Assembly (NCBI GenBank): GCA_964592405.1 | Contig: CAZQBY010000013.1 | Coordinates: 1 to 21,628, forward strand | From: an uncultured archaeon | GTDB taxonomy: Archaea > Altiarchaeota > Altiarchaeia > JAFGQM01 | Direction of reading: 5' to 3' | DNA length: 21,628 bases | Part shown: positions 6,990 through 16,633 of the stretch, one piece after another | How the letters are laid out: the number at the start of each line of letters is the position of its first letter | Numbering within the stretch: the stretch's first letter is position 1 | Translations under genes and position numbers: made by a program | The notes under the pieces: model-generated | The model's database searches: none | What the model was told of the DNA's origin: nothing | Seen by the model: the letters and a program-made list of their open reading frames with translations, nothing else

Positions 6990-8067
6990 TGTAGACTGTC
7001 TGCGTCGGGAAGGCTATCTCAATACCGGCTTTGTCGAGGCCCTTGAGTATTCTCAGGTTTATCTCATGTTTGGTTGTGCCCCAATACTTTAGGGACTTTA
7101 TCCAGTAGATACACAGCAGGTTGAGGGAAAAATCGCCGAATTCCGTAAACCACACCAGCGGCTCATCATCTGCTACCCCCTCAACACCCCTTATAGCCTC
7201 TTTTATTATCCTAACAGCCTCCTCAACCTTCTCCGGCTTGGTGCCATATGTGAGGCCCAGTTTGAAGCTCTGCTTTATCTTTTTTGTTGGCCGGGCATAA
7301 TTCTCGACAATTGATTTTGAAAGCAGGGAATTCGGGATTATGATTATGTTGTTGTCTAGATTCTTTATCTTGGAGCTCCGCAGGCCTATGTCCACGACAT
7401 CGCCGTATATCTTGTCATCTATCTTCACCCTGTCGCCTATTGCAAAGGGCCGGTCCATGAAGATGGACAACCCGCCAAACATGTTGCCCAAGGTGTCCTG
7501 TGCCGCCAAGGCTATTGCAATACCACCAATGCCCAGTCCGGTTATAACGGCCGTTATGTCATAACCATAGTTGCTGGCAATGGACATTATGCCGAATATT
7601 ATTACGAGGGCCTTGAGTGTCTTCTTTATGACAGGTATCAGCTGTTCATCAAGCTTTGTCTCGGTTCTCTTGGCAAACGGGTGCATGTATTCATCTATCA
7701 GAACATCAATAAGTCGCAGGACAAACCAAAGTATTGTGAGGGATATAAGAACAGAGAGCACTGTATCTACGAAACCCCCGATTTCCTGTGGCATGACCAG
7801 AAAATCCAATCCTATTCCAAGGCCCATGAGGACAATGGCCAGAACCAGCGGACCTTGCAATATTTTTATCAACAGGTCATCTAGGCGGTTATGAGTCCTC
7901 TTGGCTGCCGCCTCAAGCCTGTATTTTAGGAGGTAGTATACAGTCTTTCCTATGAGAAACGAGAGGGCAAGAGTTATGAAAAAGAGCATATACTGCCAAA
8001 GCGTATTGCCAAAAAATGCCGTCTCCGTCAGGAATCCCAGATGGATAGAAACGGGGTCAAAAGCCAT
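6979..8067 (-). CDS. mscS: Small-conductance mechanosensitive channel (MscS family)
   Basis: Several TM helices, GLGIGGIAIALAAQDTLGN, DRPFAIGDRV, IIIPNS, FGDFSLN, GIEIAFPTQTV. Confidence 0.93.
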   Translation of the reverse strand: MAFDPVSIHLGFLTETAFFGNTLWQYMLFFITLALSFLIGKTVYYLLKYRLEAAAKRTHNRLDDLLIKILQGPLVLAIVLMGLGIGLDFLVMPQEIGGFVDTVLSVLISLTILWFVLRLIDVLIDEYMHPFAKRTETKLDEQLIPVIKKTLKALVIIFGIMSIASNYGYDITAVITGLGIGGIAIALAAQDTLGNMFGGLSIFMDRPFAIGDRVKIDDKIYGDVVDIGLRSSKIKNLDNNIIIIPNSLLSKSIVENYARPTKKIKQSFKLGLTYGTKPEKVEEAVRIIKEAIRGVEGVADDEPLVWFTEFGDFSLNLLCIYWIKSLKYWGTTKHEINLRILKGLDKAGIEIAFPTQTVYIEK

Positions 8068-8089
8068 AGGGATATGTTAGATTAGCCCA

Positions 8090-8146
8090 TTATAAAAATC
8101 ATTCGTTATAAGAATTATTCCATTATAAGAATTTATAAGAATTATT
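8090..8146. repeat. Four copies of TTATAA(G/A)AAT in the mscS / Cys-rich gene intergenic region
   Basis: Copies at 8090, 8106, 8123 and 8133. The first is positioned like the mscS TATA box. Confidence 0.7.
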
Positions 8147-8184
8147 ATGATAGATTTAAATGGTTTTTCCTTCTGTTTATTAAG

Positions 8185-8838
8185 ATGAATAGAAAAGGGT
8201 CAAATCTGATTATTATTGCAATCGTATTTGCAGTTTTAATTATCGGGGTTTTTTCTTATTTTGCTTTTGTTCCAGAAGAAAAAAATAACAAAGAACAATC
8301 AGAACAAAGCGATGGCGCGCCTCAAAACGAGCAAAGCCAAACATGTGTTGAAAACTGGATTTGCGGAGACTGGACTAGTTGCCAAAACGGAATCCAAACA
8401 AGAACATGCACCGACTCCAACAACTGCGGGACTCAAAACAACAAACCCCCAGTCTCTCAGACCTGCGAAGAAGAAACAGATACATGCGGGGATGGACATT
8501 GCAATTTTCCTGAAGAAAATTGGTATTCCTGTTGGCAGGATTGTAAACCAGATTTTAATACCGGTGATTTTGAAACATCAAGAAATTCTCCAAAAACGTG
8601 TTCTGGAAGCCCAGCTGAGCCAGATTGTTGTTCAACTGAGGCACAATACACCCAATATGACTCATATTATACCTGTGATTACATTGGCGGCTGCGAGAAT
8701 GACTTCACATTTTGTAGTGAAAAATGTAAAGAAGCAGGATATGATAAACCAACTGTTGTCGGCTATACATTTGATTTAGAAACTGGAAAAGTCGTAGGAA
8801 CAAAAACATTTATTCAGTGTAGTTGTAAGGCATGTTAG
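8185..8838 (+). CDS. Membrane-anchored Cys-rich protein with a TSP1-like module (CxExWxCxxWxxCxxGxQTRTC) and a CGDGxC..CxxDC module
   Basis: 217 aa with an N-terminal TM anchor after MNRKG and many Cys. Visibly more AT-rich codon usage than flanking genes. Confidence 0.85.
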   Translation: MNRKGSNLIIIAIVFAVLIIGVFSYFAFVPEEKNNKEQSEQSDGAPQNEQSQTCVENWICGDWTSCQNGIQTRTCTDSNNCGTQNNKPPVSQTCEEETDTCGDGHCNFPEENWYSCWQDCKPDFNTGDFETSRNSPKTCSGSPAEPDCCSTEAQYTQYDSYYTCDYIGGCENDFTFCSEKCKEAGYDKPTVVGYTFDLETGKVVGTKTFIQCSCKAC

Positions 8839-8965
8839 AAAACTCGCACTTCCCACCCATTTAGGCAATCACGGCCCCATCGCTCATTTCATTCGCTCGG
8901 TTGCACCTCGCTCCACCCAAACTCCCCACTTTGTTCGGAACTTCTCTTAATCGCATATGTTATTG
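8839..8965. mobile_element. Possible degenerate integron attC-like site
   Basis: C-rich, G-poor top strand right after the stop codon, ending in ...AACTTCTCTTAATCGCATATGTTAT. Partial bottom-strand pairing. No intact RYYYAAC left box. Confidence 0.3.
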
Positions 8966-9182
8966 GATTCTGAATTGATTTTATTAGTATTTATTAGTAT
9001 TGAAATCTGGTCTATTCTATAAGAAATTTATTGAGCCTGCTCTACTCAAAGCATATTTTCTTAAAATTTCAGAAAGAATTTATAACTCAGGAATCAATAG
9101 ATTTATCAACTTTGCTATCCTGATATAATATAATTTTTGAAGTCTATTTTAATTGGTTGGGTTATTATATAGGCGGGTGGAA

Positions 9183-10313
9183 ATGAGAGACATCTTTGGT
9201 ATGGGAATTCTGGCAGTTGTCCTTGGGCTTATTCTGGCAGCAATATTCATACTGGAAGGCATAGTTTCGCCAGCTCCTCCCGGCTTCTTCTGCAGATCCG
9301 GATCAGACTGTGAGGGTCTGAGCCATGAGGATTGTGAGGGGAAGTGGGCCTGTATCAACCAATACTGCTCGTGGGAGTGTGAAGAGCCTCCCGACACCTC
9401 CTGCGCGACGGCCGGCGACTGCGAGGATTTGAATCTCCCGCACATAATGTGCGAAGGCGAATGGGAATGTGAAGAAGGCAGATGTGCATGGATATGTGAA
9501 ATTGAACAGGAAGAGCCGGAGCTGGAATACATAGTTGGCGAGTGTGAAGAGGGTATCAGGGGTGAAGACTATGTCAGTATAAGACCGGCTGCTGATGGAA
9601 TACAGCTGAAGCAGCTGCTGAACTATGCCTGCTGTGGCGATATAGAACTGGAGATGGATATAAACGGCAACCTGATAACGATAACCGAGGTGAACAGGGG
9701 GGAAATGTGCAGGTGCATGTGCAACTACCCTATAGACGCCAAGATAAAAGTCCTGCCGGGCAAGTATAAGGTTGAGGTCTATGGGGTGGAATTTCCGGGA
9801 CAGGAAGTCGAGAAACTGGGTGAGAACTGGGTCACGGTAGGCAGGACCGACACCAGGGTTCTTTTCATAGAGCAGCACACAAACACAGACGGCAGGATTA
9901 TAGCCGGAGATTATCCGTTCACATTCATAGATTTTCCAACATACTTCTTTGATGAAGAGGAACGCACACTGAAAGGTTCAATAGATTTTGATGTGGATGA
10001 TGTAGTAGCGATATACGGCAGTGGCCGGAGCCTGAGCGGTGATGCAGGCAGTGGAGCAGCCACCAGTTTATGGCCGATCTATTCCATACCTGCAGAGGCT
10101 GGTGGAGACCGGATAACGCGCTTATGGGATGATGGCAAAGTGGCAGTAGAGCATGCCGGCAAACTTATAATCCTCAAACCCGGTGAAACCTGGAAAAATA
10201 TAACAGTTGAGGAAACAACAGGAGGATACAATACAGGACTCATAGAACTGACCGTGACAGATATTATAACAAACCACGGCTTCATCGAGAAGGAGGATGT
10301 GGGGGTGTGGTGA
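9183..10313 (+). CDS. Membrane-anchored Cys-rich surface protein (2 CxxxxDCExL...CEGxWxC...CxWxC repeats, a CC...CxCxC domain, C-terminal beta-rich domain)
   Basis: N-terminal TM helix. ATG 9183 has GGTGG upstream; the ORF track start at 9153 is TTG. Confidence 0.8.
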   Translation: MRDIFGMGILAVVLGLILAAIFILEGIVSPAPPGFFCRSGSDCEGLSHEDCEGKWACINQYCSWECEEPPDTSCATAGDCEDLNLPHIMCEGEWECEEGRCAWICEIEQEEPELEYIVGECEEGIRGEDYVSIRPAADGIQLKQLLNYACCGDIELEMDINGNLITITEVNRGEMCRCMCNYPIDAKIKVLPGKYKVEVYGVEFPGQEVEKLGENWVTVGRTDTRVLFIEQHTNTDGRIIAGDYPFTFIDFPTYFFDEEERTLKGSIDFDVDDVVAIYGSGRSLSGDAGSGAATSLWPIYSIPAEAGGDRITRLWDDGKVAVEHAGKLIILKPGETWKNITVEETTGGYNTGLIELTVTDIITNHGFIEKEDVGVW

Positions 10314-10559
10314 ATGGACCGGAGTGTCATATATGCGGCGATCATACTCGTGCTGGCATTCCTTGCCCTGAATGTGCTCGAGAGCATGATTGAGGAGGAG
10401 CCTCTGGAGGGAGTCTGTCTGATACCGTCAGACTGTGAGGGCCTGCCGCCGGGAGAGTGCGAGGGGAGATGGGAATGTGTCAAGAACTTCTGCACTTGGG
10501 AGTGCAAGACCGGGGATGCAGGCGCCGAAAACTCATCAGAGGAGCCTGAGGGGCCCTGA
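10314..10559 (+). CDS. Small membrane-anchored protein with a single Cys-rich repeat
   Basis: Starts immediately after the previous TGA, with GGGGTG upstream. CLIPSDCEGLPPGECEGRWECVKNFCTWEC matches the repeats of the preceding gene. Confidence 0.8.
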   Translation: MDRSVIYAAIILVLAFLALNVLESMIEEEPLEGVCLIPSDCEGLPPGECEGRWECVKNFCTWECKTGDAGAENSSEEPEGP

Positions 10560-10670
10560 GTGCCTGCACCAGCAAGCATCCCATGCGCCAAAAGGGATGC
10601 CATGGAACGGTTTTCGGCCGAGCGTTCCACAAAAGGCTTTAATATGGTTCCTGCTTTATAATACCTGAAA

Positions 10671-13196
10671 ATGAAACGGATGCTCGCGCTGGTCGCGCTA
10701 TGTGTGGTTTTGCTGAGTTTGGACGCTTATGCAGACGGCATAATAATCCCCGAGCCGAGGCCTGATTTGCCACGACCGGAGTATCTAGAGGTGAAATACC
10801 ACCATGTGAACATCACAATCAATAACCAGTTTGTTGAGACATATATAGACCAGGTCTTCCACAATCCCAACTACTGGGATATTGAGGGCACATACCTCTT
10901 CCCCCTGCCGCCGGGCGCATCCATACAGAAGTTCTCCATGTATGTGGAGGGTGAAGAGCTCAAGGGTGAGATACTCGAAGCGGATGAGGCGCGCGAGATA
11001 TATGAGGACCTGGTGAGGAAGCTGATAGACCCGGGATTGCTGGAATATGTGGACCGCAACACCTTCAAGGCAAGGGTCTACCCCATCGAGGGCAGGGGCG
11101 ACAAGCGCGTCAAAATGGACTACTCGGAGGTTATATCCTGCGAGAGCGGCGTCTGCGAATACACATATCCTTTGGACATAGAGCGGTTCACCTCGGCGGA
11201 CATGGAGGAAGTCGTTATAAGCGCGGTCGTAAAGTCCAACATCCCGATAAAGAGCGTCTACTCACCGAGCCATGAAATTGAGGTAAGGCGCATAAGCGAC
11301 TACAAGGTTGAGGTAAGCTACGAGGCCGAGCACGTCAGGCCCGACACGGACTTCAAGCTCATATACACCATCTCGGATGATGATATCGGCGTCAACCTGA
11401 TAACCCACAAGGAGGGTGATACAGGCTACTTCCTGTTAATGCTCGCCCCCAAGTTCCAGCTGGACGAGGGCGACGTCATTGAGAAGGATGTCGTGTTCGT
11501 CCTTGACAAATCAGGCTCAATGGCCGGGGAGAAGATAGAGCAAGCCAAGGATGCGCTCAAATTCACGCTCAACAGTTTGAACGAAGGTGATAGATTCGGC
11601 ATTGTTACCTTCAGCACAGGGGTGACCAGCTACAAAGACTCTCTTGAGCCTGCAAGCTCTGCCAACATAGCCGATGCCATAGATTTCGTAGATGAGATAA
11701 AAGCACTTGGCGGGACAGACATACACGGTGCACTCCTGAAAGCTCTGGATATGCTGCCGTCCGACGACCGGCCCAAGATGATAATCTTCCTTACGGACGG
11801 GGAGCCGACCGTGGGAGTAACGGATATAGAAGAGATTTTAAAGGATGTCGCAGATGAGAATGATGGCGCCAGCATATTCGTCTTTGGGGTTGGGTATGAC
11901 GTCAACACGCACCTGCTGGACAAGCTGTCCATCCAGAACCATGGCGTTTCTGAATACGTTGTGGAGGGTGAAAACATAGAGGTCAAGGTCAGCCGGTTCT
12001 ACGAGAAGGTGAGCAACCCCATATTGTCCGACATATCGCTCGACTTCTCAGGCATAAGGGTCATGGAGATGTATCCAAAGGAGCTCCCGGATGTCTTTAA
12101 AGGGACGCAGATACTTGTCTTCGGGCAGTATGAGGGCAGTGGGCAGGCGGAGGTGAGTCTCATGGGCGAGGTGGCGGGCGTGCCAAACATGTTGCGCTAC
12201 AGCCTATACTTCCCTCCCTCAAGGAGGAGCAACGACTTCCTGCCGAGGCTCTGGGCTACAAGAAAGATAGGCTACCTGCTGGATGAAATCCGACTGGAGG
12301 GTGAAGATGAGGAGCTCATAGACGAGATAGTAGAGCTGTCGAAGAGGTATGGGATAGCCACCCCATACACATCATTCCTGATACTTGAGGACGAGCCCAC
12401 GGATGTCTGGCGGAGAGAGCTGCAGGAGAGCCTCGCTCCACAGGCCGGCTTCGAGGCAGTTACGGCCAGTCAGGACATAGGAGCCTACAAGGGTGCAAAC
12501 ACTGCTGGAACGGCTGGGAAGACTATCTATGACACGGAGGGCAGGGCTGTCAGCATACGCTACGTTGGCAAGAAGAGTTTTATTCAGAAGGACGGGTTCA
12601 TGACAGATACGGAGTATGAGGGCGGGACCACACTGAATCTCAAATACGGCAGCAACGCATATTTCAGTGCGCTGGCCATGAACCCCGGGCTTGGACAGTA
12701 CTTTGCAGTCGGCAAGAACGTCATAGTCTGTGTTGGGGGTACCTGTATCAAGGTGGACGAGAACTACGCCGGTACGGAGGACACAATAGGCGAGCTGGAT
12801 TTAGGCGAAGAAGAGGCTGAGTGGCAGTGCGGCACCGACTCAGACTGCGAGCTGAGCTGCGCCTGCACCTGCGGAGAGCCCGGCTCCGTACAGTGTATAA
12901 GGCAGGCCGACTGCCGGGAGGAACAGGGGATAACCGGCTGCAAGTGCATTGAGGGAGTCTGCATCCCGGTCAGAGACCCGAACTGGTCGCCCCCTGATGG
13001 TGGACCCGTCTGCGGCAACGGTGCCTGTGAGAGTGGAGAGAGCGCAACAAGCTGCCCAAAGGACTGTGAGGTCATAGGTAAGCCACCGGCTCAGCAGGAG
13101 GGCGACTTCACGACCCTGCTGATACTGGCAGTGGTCGTAATCGTGCTGGCGACGATATTCGTTTCATTCAGAAAACTGAAACGGGAGAAAAGATGA
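10671..13196 (+). CDS. Secreted, C-terminally anchored VIT + vWA domain protein (inter-alpha-trypsin inhibitor heavy chain-like) with Cys-rich stalk
   Basis: Signal peptide; VIT-like FHNP..IEGTYLFPLP; MIDAS VFVLDKSGSM and FLTDGEPT; RLWA and TPYTSFL; Cys-rich region; C-terminal TM plus basic tail. Confidence 0.9.
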   Translation: MKRMLALVALCVVLLSLDAYADGIIIPEPRPDLPRPEYLEVKYHHVNITINNQFVETYIDQVFHNPNYWDIEGTYLFPLPPGASIQKFSMYVEGEELKGEILEADEAREIYEDLVRKLIDPGLLEYVDRNTFKARVYPIEGRGDKRVKMDYSEVISCESGVCEYTYPLDIERFTSADMEEVVISAVVKSNIPIKSVYSPSHEIEVRRISDYKVEVSYEAEHVRPDTDFKLIYTISDDDIGVNLITHKEGDTGYFLLMLAPKFQLDEGDVIEKDVVFVLDKSGSMAGEKIEQAKDALKFTLNSLNEGDRFGIVTFSTGVTSYKDSLEPASSANIADAIDFVDEIKALGGTDIHGALLKALDMLPSDDRPKMIIFLTDGEPTVGVTDIEEILKDVADENDGASIFVFGVGYDVNTHLLDKLSIQNHGVSEYVVEGENIEVKVSRFYEKVSNPILSDISLDFSGIRVMEMYPKELPDVFKGTQILVFGQYEGSGQAEVSLMGEVAGVPNMLRYSLYFPPSRRSNDFLPRLWATRKIGYLLDEIRLEGEDEELIDEIVELSKRYGIATPYTSFLILEDEPTDVWRRELQESLAPQAGFEAVTASQDIGAYKGANTAGTAGKTIYDTEGRAVSIRYVGKKSFIQKDGFMTDTEYEGGTTLNLKYGSNAYFSALAMNPGLGQYFAVGKNVIVCVGGTCIKVDENYAGTEDTIGELDLGEEEAEWQCGTDSDCELSCACTCGEPGSVQCIRQADCREEQGITGCKCIEGVCIPVRDPNWSPPDGGPVCGNGACESGESATSCPKDCEVIGKPPAQQEGDFTTLLILAVVVIVLATIFVSFRKLKREKR

Positions 13197-15433
13197 TAGA
13201 CAAGAACGAGATTATGGCTCTGGCGGCGATTGCCGCCATCATAGTCGTGCTGGCAATAATGGTCAGCATAGTGCCCCAGGACGAGCTCCTAGGAGGGGGC
13301 GACATAGGCTGGGTGGACGACGGGAAGGTGGACGAGACCTTGAAGAAGTTCGAGTCGCAGGCCGAGCTCAGCTCGTTCATCAAGTACTCGGCCGAGAGCA
13401 GTTATGGCGGTTACGGCGGGAGGGGTGTCATGATGGAGACCACCATGGCCATGGCTGCTGACACAACCATGGGAGCTCCTGCACCGACGGTCGGGAAGGC
13501 ATATGCCGGGGCGGAGGAGTTCTCAACCACCAACATACAGGTGGAGGGCGTTGACGAGGCAGACATTGTCAAGAACGACGGCAAGTACATCTATTTGGTC
13601 AGCGGCAACAAGGTCGTCATACTGGACGCCTATCCGCCGGAGGACGCCAAGATACTCTCGGAGATAGAGTTTGAAGGCGAGTCGCCATTGGAGATTTACA
13701 TAAACGGAGACAGGCTGGTTGTCTTCACGCAGGATTATGATTACGGAGCAGGTAAAATCGGAGTATACCCTTATTATCAGGGCTCTGGAAGCAGGGCAAT
13801 GGTCTATGTCTACGACGTCTCGAACCGGGAAGAGCCCGAGCTGAAGCAGGAAATCGGTGTGAAAGGCGCGTATTTCAATTCGCGCATGATAGGCAACTAT
13901 GTTTACGTCATAGTCAACGAGCCCATTTACTACCGGCCCTGCTACGGCTACTACTACGGCAGTGATGAGGTCAATCCGCTGGAATGCCTCACCAGGGAGA
14001 TAGAGGTTCCCGAGGTGACGGTTGACGGAAAGGCTATGGATGAGGGGTTCCCGGACGTCTACTACTGGGACATACCCGACAATTCATACCGCTTCACGAC
14101 AGTGCTGGCCGTCAACACGCAGACTGACGAGAGCCCGAGCAAGAAGTTCTTCGTCATGGGGGCTGCGCAGGACATGTACGTCTCCATGGACAACATCTAC
14201 GTCACAAGGAGCAGGTGGATGAGCGAGCGGGAGCTCATGGACAGGGTATACGATGAGGTGGTGATACCCAACCTGCCGGAGGAGCTGCAGGATGAGATAG
14301 CGGATATTGAGGCCTCGGACAAGGGCGAATATGCGAAGAAGTTTGAAAAGCTTCTGGTGATAAAGGAGTATATCGCCAATCTGGGCGAGGAGGATGCCCA
14401 AGAGTTCCGGGAGGCGATAAGCGACGCGATGCAGGAAATGCGCGAAGAGTTTGAGAGGATGAGGGAGCAGACAGTGGTCAGCAGGATAGCGATAGACAGA
14501 GGGAAGATAACGCCGAAGGCCACGGGCAGCATTCCGGGAACCGTCCTGAACCAGTTCTCCATGGACGAGTACGGCGGCAACTTCAGGATAGCGACTACTG
14601 TGGGCCATGTCAGCCGCTCCGGAGGCGGCTCCAGCAACAATATCTATGTCCTGAACAGCGACATGGAGATAATCGGCAAGCTGGAAGACCTTGCCCCCGG
14701 CGAGCGCATCTATTCGGCGCGCTTCATGGGCGACCGGTGCTATCTTGTAACCTTCAAGAAGGTGGACCCGCTATTTGTCATAGACCTGTCAGACCCGGAG
14801 AACCCGGGGGTTCTGGGCAAGCTGAAGATACCCGGCTACTCGGACTACCTCCACCCATACGACGAGAACCACCTTATCGGCATAGGTAAGGAGACGGTCG
14901 AAGCAGAGGAGGGAGACTTCACCTGGTACCAAGGCGTGAAGCTGTCGCTGTTTGACGTCACGGACGTTGAGAATCCGAAGGAGCTGGACAAGTACGAGAT
15001 AGGCGACCGGGGGACGGACTCCAACGCCCTGCATGACCACAAGGCGTTCCTGTTCAGCAGATCGAAGAACCTGCTGGTTATTCCGATACTGCTGGCAGAG
15101 ATAGATGAGGAGAAGTACCCAGGCGGCGTCGAGGACAACACCTACGGCGACTACGTCTGGCAGGGCGCATACGTCTTCGATGTGGATCTGGACGGATTCA
15201 GGCTGAGAGGCAGGGTGAGCCACGCTGATGAGAGCGAGTTCGAGAAGAGCGGATATTACTACAGCTCTCCGAACTCGGTCAAGCGCTCGCTCTACATGGA
15301 CGACATCCTCTACACGATATCGGACAGCAAGGTGGTCATGAGCGATCTGAACGTGCCGGCTGAGAAGATAAACGAGGTCGAGCTTCCTTACGATGGAGGG
15401 GGCTACAATTATCCAGAGCCGTTTCTTGTCTAG
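13193..15433 (+). CDS. Membrane-anchored beta-propeller domain protein (Beta_propel / COG4880-like)
   Basis: FSTTNIQVEGVDEADIVKNDGKYIY, LNQFSMDEY, GERIYSARFMGDR, VDPLFVIDLSDP, GKLKIPGYSDYLHP. ATGA overlap with the previous gene. Confidence 0.9.
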   Translation: MIDKNEIMALAAIAAIIVVLAIMVSIVPQDELLGGGDIGWVDDGKVDETLKKFESQAELSSFIKYSAESSYGGYGGRGVMMETTMAMAADTTMGAPAPTVGKAYAGAEEFSTTNIQVEGVDEADIVKNDGKYIYLVSGNKVVILDAYPPEDAKILSEIEFEGESPLEIYINGDRLVVFTQDYDYGAGKIGVYPYYQGSGSRAMVYVYDVSNREEPELKQEIGVKGAYFNSRMIGNYVYVIVNEPIYYRPCYGYYYGSDEVNPLECLTREIEVPEVTVDGKAMDEGFPDVYYWDIPDNSYRFTTVLAVNTQTDESPSKKFFVMGAAQDMYVSMDNIYVTRSRWMSERELMDRVYDEVVIPNLPEELQDEIADIEASDKGEYAKKFEKLLVIKEYIANLGEEDAQEFREAISDAMQEMREEFERMREQTVVSRIAIDRGKITPKATGSIPGTVLNQFSMDEYGGNFRIATTVGHVSRSGGGSSNNIYVLNSDMEIIGKLEDLAPGERIYSARFMGDRCYLVTFKKVDPLFVIDLSDPENPGVLGKLKIPGYSDYLHPYDENHLIGIGKETVEAEEGDFTWYQGVKLSLFDVTDVENPKELDKYEIGDRGTDSNALHDHKAFLFSRSKNLLVIPILLAEIDEEKYPGGVEDNTYGDYVWQGAYVFDVDLDGFRLRGRVSHADESEFEKSGYYYSSPNSVKRSLYMDDILYTISDSKVVMSDLNVPAEKINEVELPYDGGGYNYPEPFLV

Positions 15434-15438
15434 GCAAG

Positions 15439-15849
15439 CTATGGGCAGGAGAGCTCGACTGTGAGCTTTCCTCCCTTCCTCAGTTCTTTTATCAAGTTCC
15501 TGTCCAGGTCAGCAGCAGCCTTGTCCGCGCGCACGCAGATGGTTCTGGGACATATGAAAGAGCTTCTCCTTATGACTAGTGAGGTAGGATCTGTGAGAGT
15601 GAGTTCTGGATGACCATATGCTCTCACAATATCCTTTATACCATTGCACTCCAAGGTTATAATTATCCCCTTTTCGTTCCTGAGACTGTCCTTCAGCCGG
15701 TTATCAAGGTCTGCACATGCCTTCTCGCATTCAACACCTATTATACAGTCTCCAGCCGGTGTCAGAGACGGCTCTTTTGTTAGCTCCATGGTAGTCCTAT
15801 GTGTAGCAGAAATATTTGGGTGGCCACAGGCGCTGAAGCAGAACTCCAT
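15439..15849 (-). CDS. DUF371 family protein
   Basis: GHPNISATHRTTMELTKE, LTPAGDCIIGV, SLVIRRSSFICPRT, ADKAAADLDR. Confidence 0.88.
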   Translation of the reverse strand: MEFCFSACGHPNISATHRTTMELTKEPSLTPAGDCIIGVECEKACADLDNRLKDSLRNEKGIIITLECNGIKDIVRAYGHPELTLTDPTSLVIRRSSFICPRTICVRADKAAADLDRNLIKELRKGGKLTVELSCP

Positions 15850-15850
15850 C

Positions 15851-16204
15851 CTAGAACAGGCGTATTGTACTATTGTAGCGACCGGATTTTGCCCTGACCA
15901 TCACATATTTGGGACCATTGAGGGGGCAGTCCACAGATACCTCAAAGGGAAGTTTATCTGAGTAGCTTCTTATCTTGTTTTCAAGATAGGTGCAACGCGC
16001 CTGAGCATCTGGTAGTGTGGGGTTTATACTGGGCCATATTGTCTGGAGGTTTTTGGCCATGTGGGAGATCTTCATCATGGTTATCCTGTCATAATTAGAC
16101 GCCTGCATGACTGAAACGGACTTCATGTTGGTAATGGCTATGATGAAAACGGCTACAAATATCAGGAAGACCAGCAGTCCATAGACATATCCTTTCTGTT
16201 TCAT
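15851..16204 (-). CDS. Pilin-like protein (atypical class III signal peptide)
   Basis: MKQKG|YVYGLLVFLIFVAVFII: basic leader, KG, hydrophobic helix; lies in the pilin operon. Confidence 0.7.
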   Translation of the reverse strand: MKQKGYVYGLLVFLIFVAVFIIAITNMKSVSVMQASNYDRITMMKISHMAKNLQTIWPSINPTLPDAQARCTYLENKIRSYSDKLPFEVSVDCPLNGPKYVMVRAKSGRYNSTIRLF

Positions 16205-16207
16205 TTT

Positions 16208-16633
16208 CTATATGCCAACCTTTACGGTCAATAACTTTAGCTCACCTGATGCGTCAGTCAGGAATCTCCTGGCGGTCGCCATCTCTCTGACATCATCTAT
16301 GGAACCGTATTCCATGGTGACTCCGCCTTCTACCTGGACAAACAGGTATATGCCAGTCTCTGAGACTATATTCCGAAGGGAGATACCTAGATTGTCAAGA
16401 TACTGCGGGTCGATGTCATTCTTCCAGGCAATATCCGGTTGTGCCGCATCTGGCACCATGCTTGCACCTATTGCATCAGCAAGGTCCTCTGCCCAGACGT
16501 TGAGTGTGTATGTGCTTTTTATATCGGCCTCATTTGTATTGGTCATCAGCAGGACAACCAGACCTATCAGGGTAAATGCCACGGCATATGCCAGCATGGC
16601 ATCCAGCATTGCTACCAAACCCTTGCTTTTCAT
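16208..16633 (-). CDS. Class III signal peptide protein (minor pilin-like)
   Basis: MKSKG|LVAMLDAMLA. Start 16633 overlaps the upstream stop (ATGA). Confidence 0.78.
   Translation of the reverse strand: MKSKGLVAMLDAMLAYAVAFTLIGLVVLLMTNTNEADIKSTYTLNVWAEDLADAIGASMVPDAAQPDIAWKNDIDPQYLDNLGISLRNIVSETGIYLFVQVEGGVTMEYGSIDDVREMATARRFLTDASGELKLLTVKVGI

Noticed and set aside
10557-10629. Selenocysteine readthrough of TGA 10557 with an archaeal SECIS-like GAA/A hairpin
   Set aside because: The lower stem needs a non-canonical 4-nt bulge, the TGA is not at a Cys-equivalent position, and the readthrough peptide is featureless.
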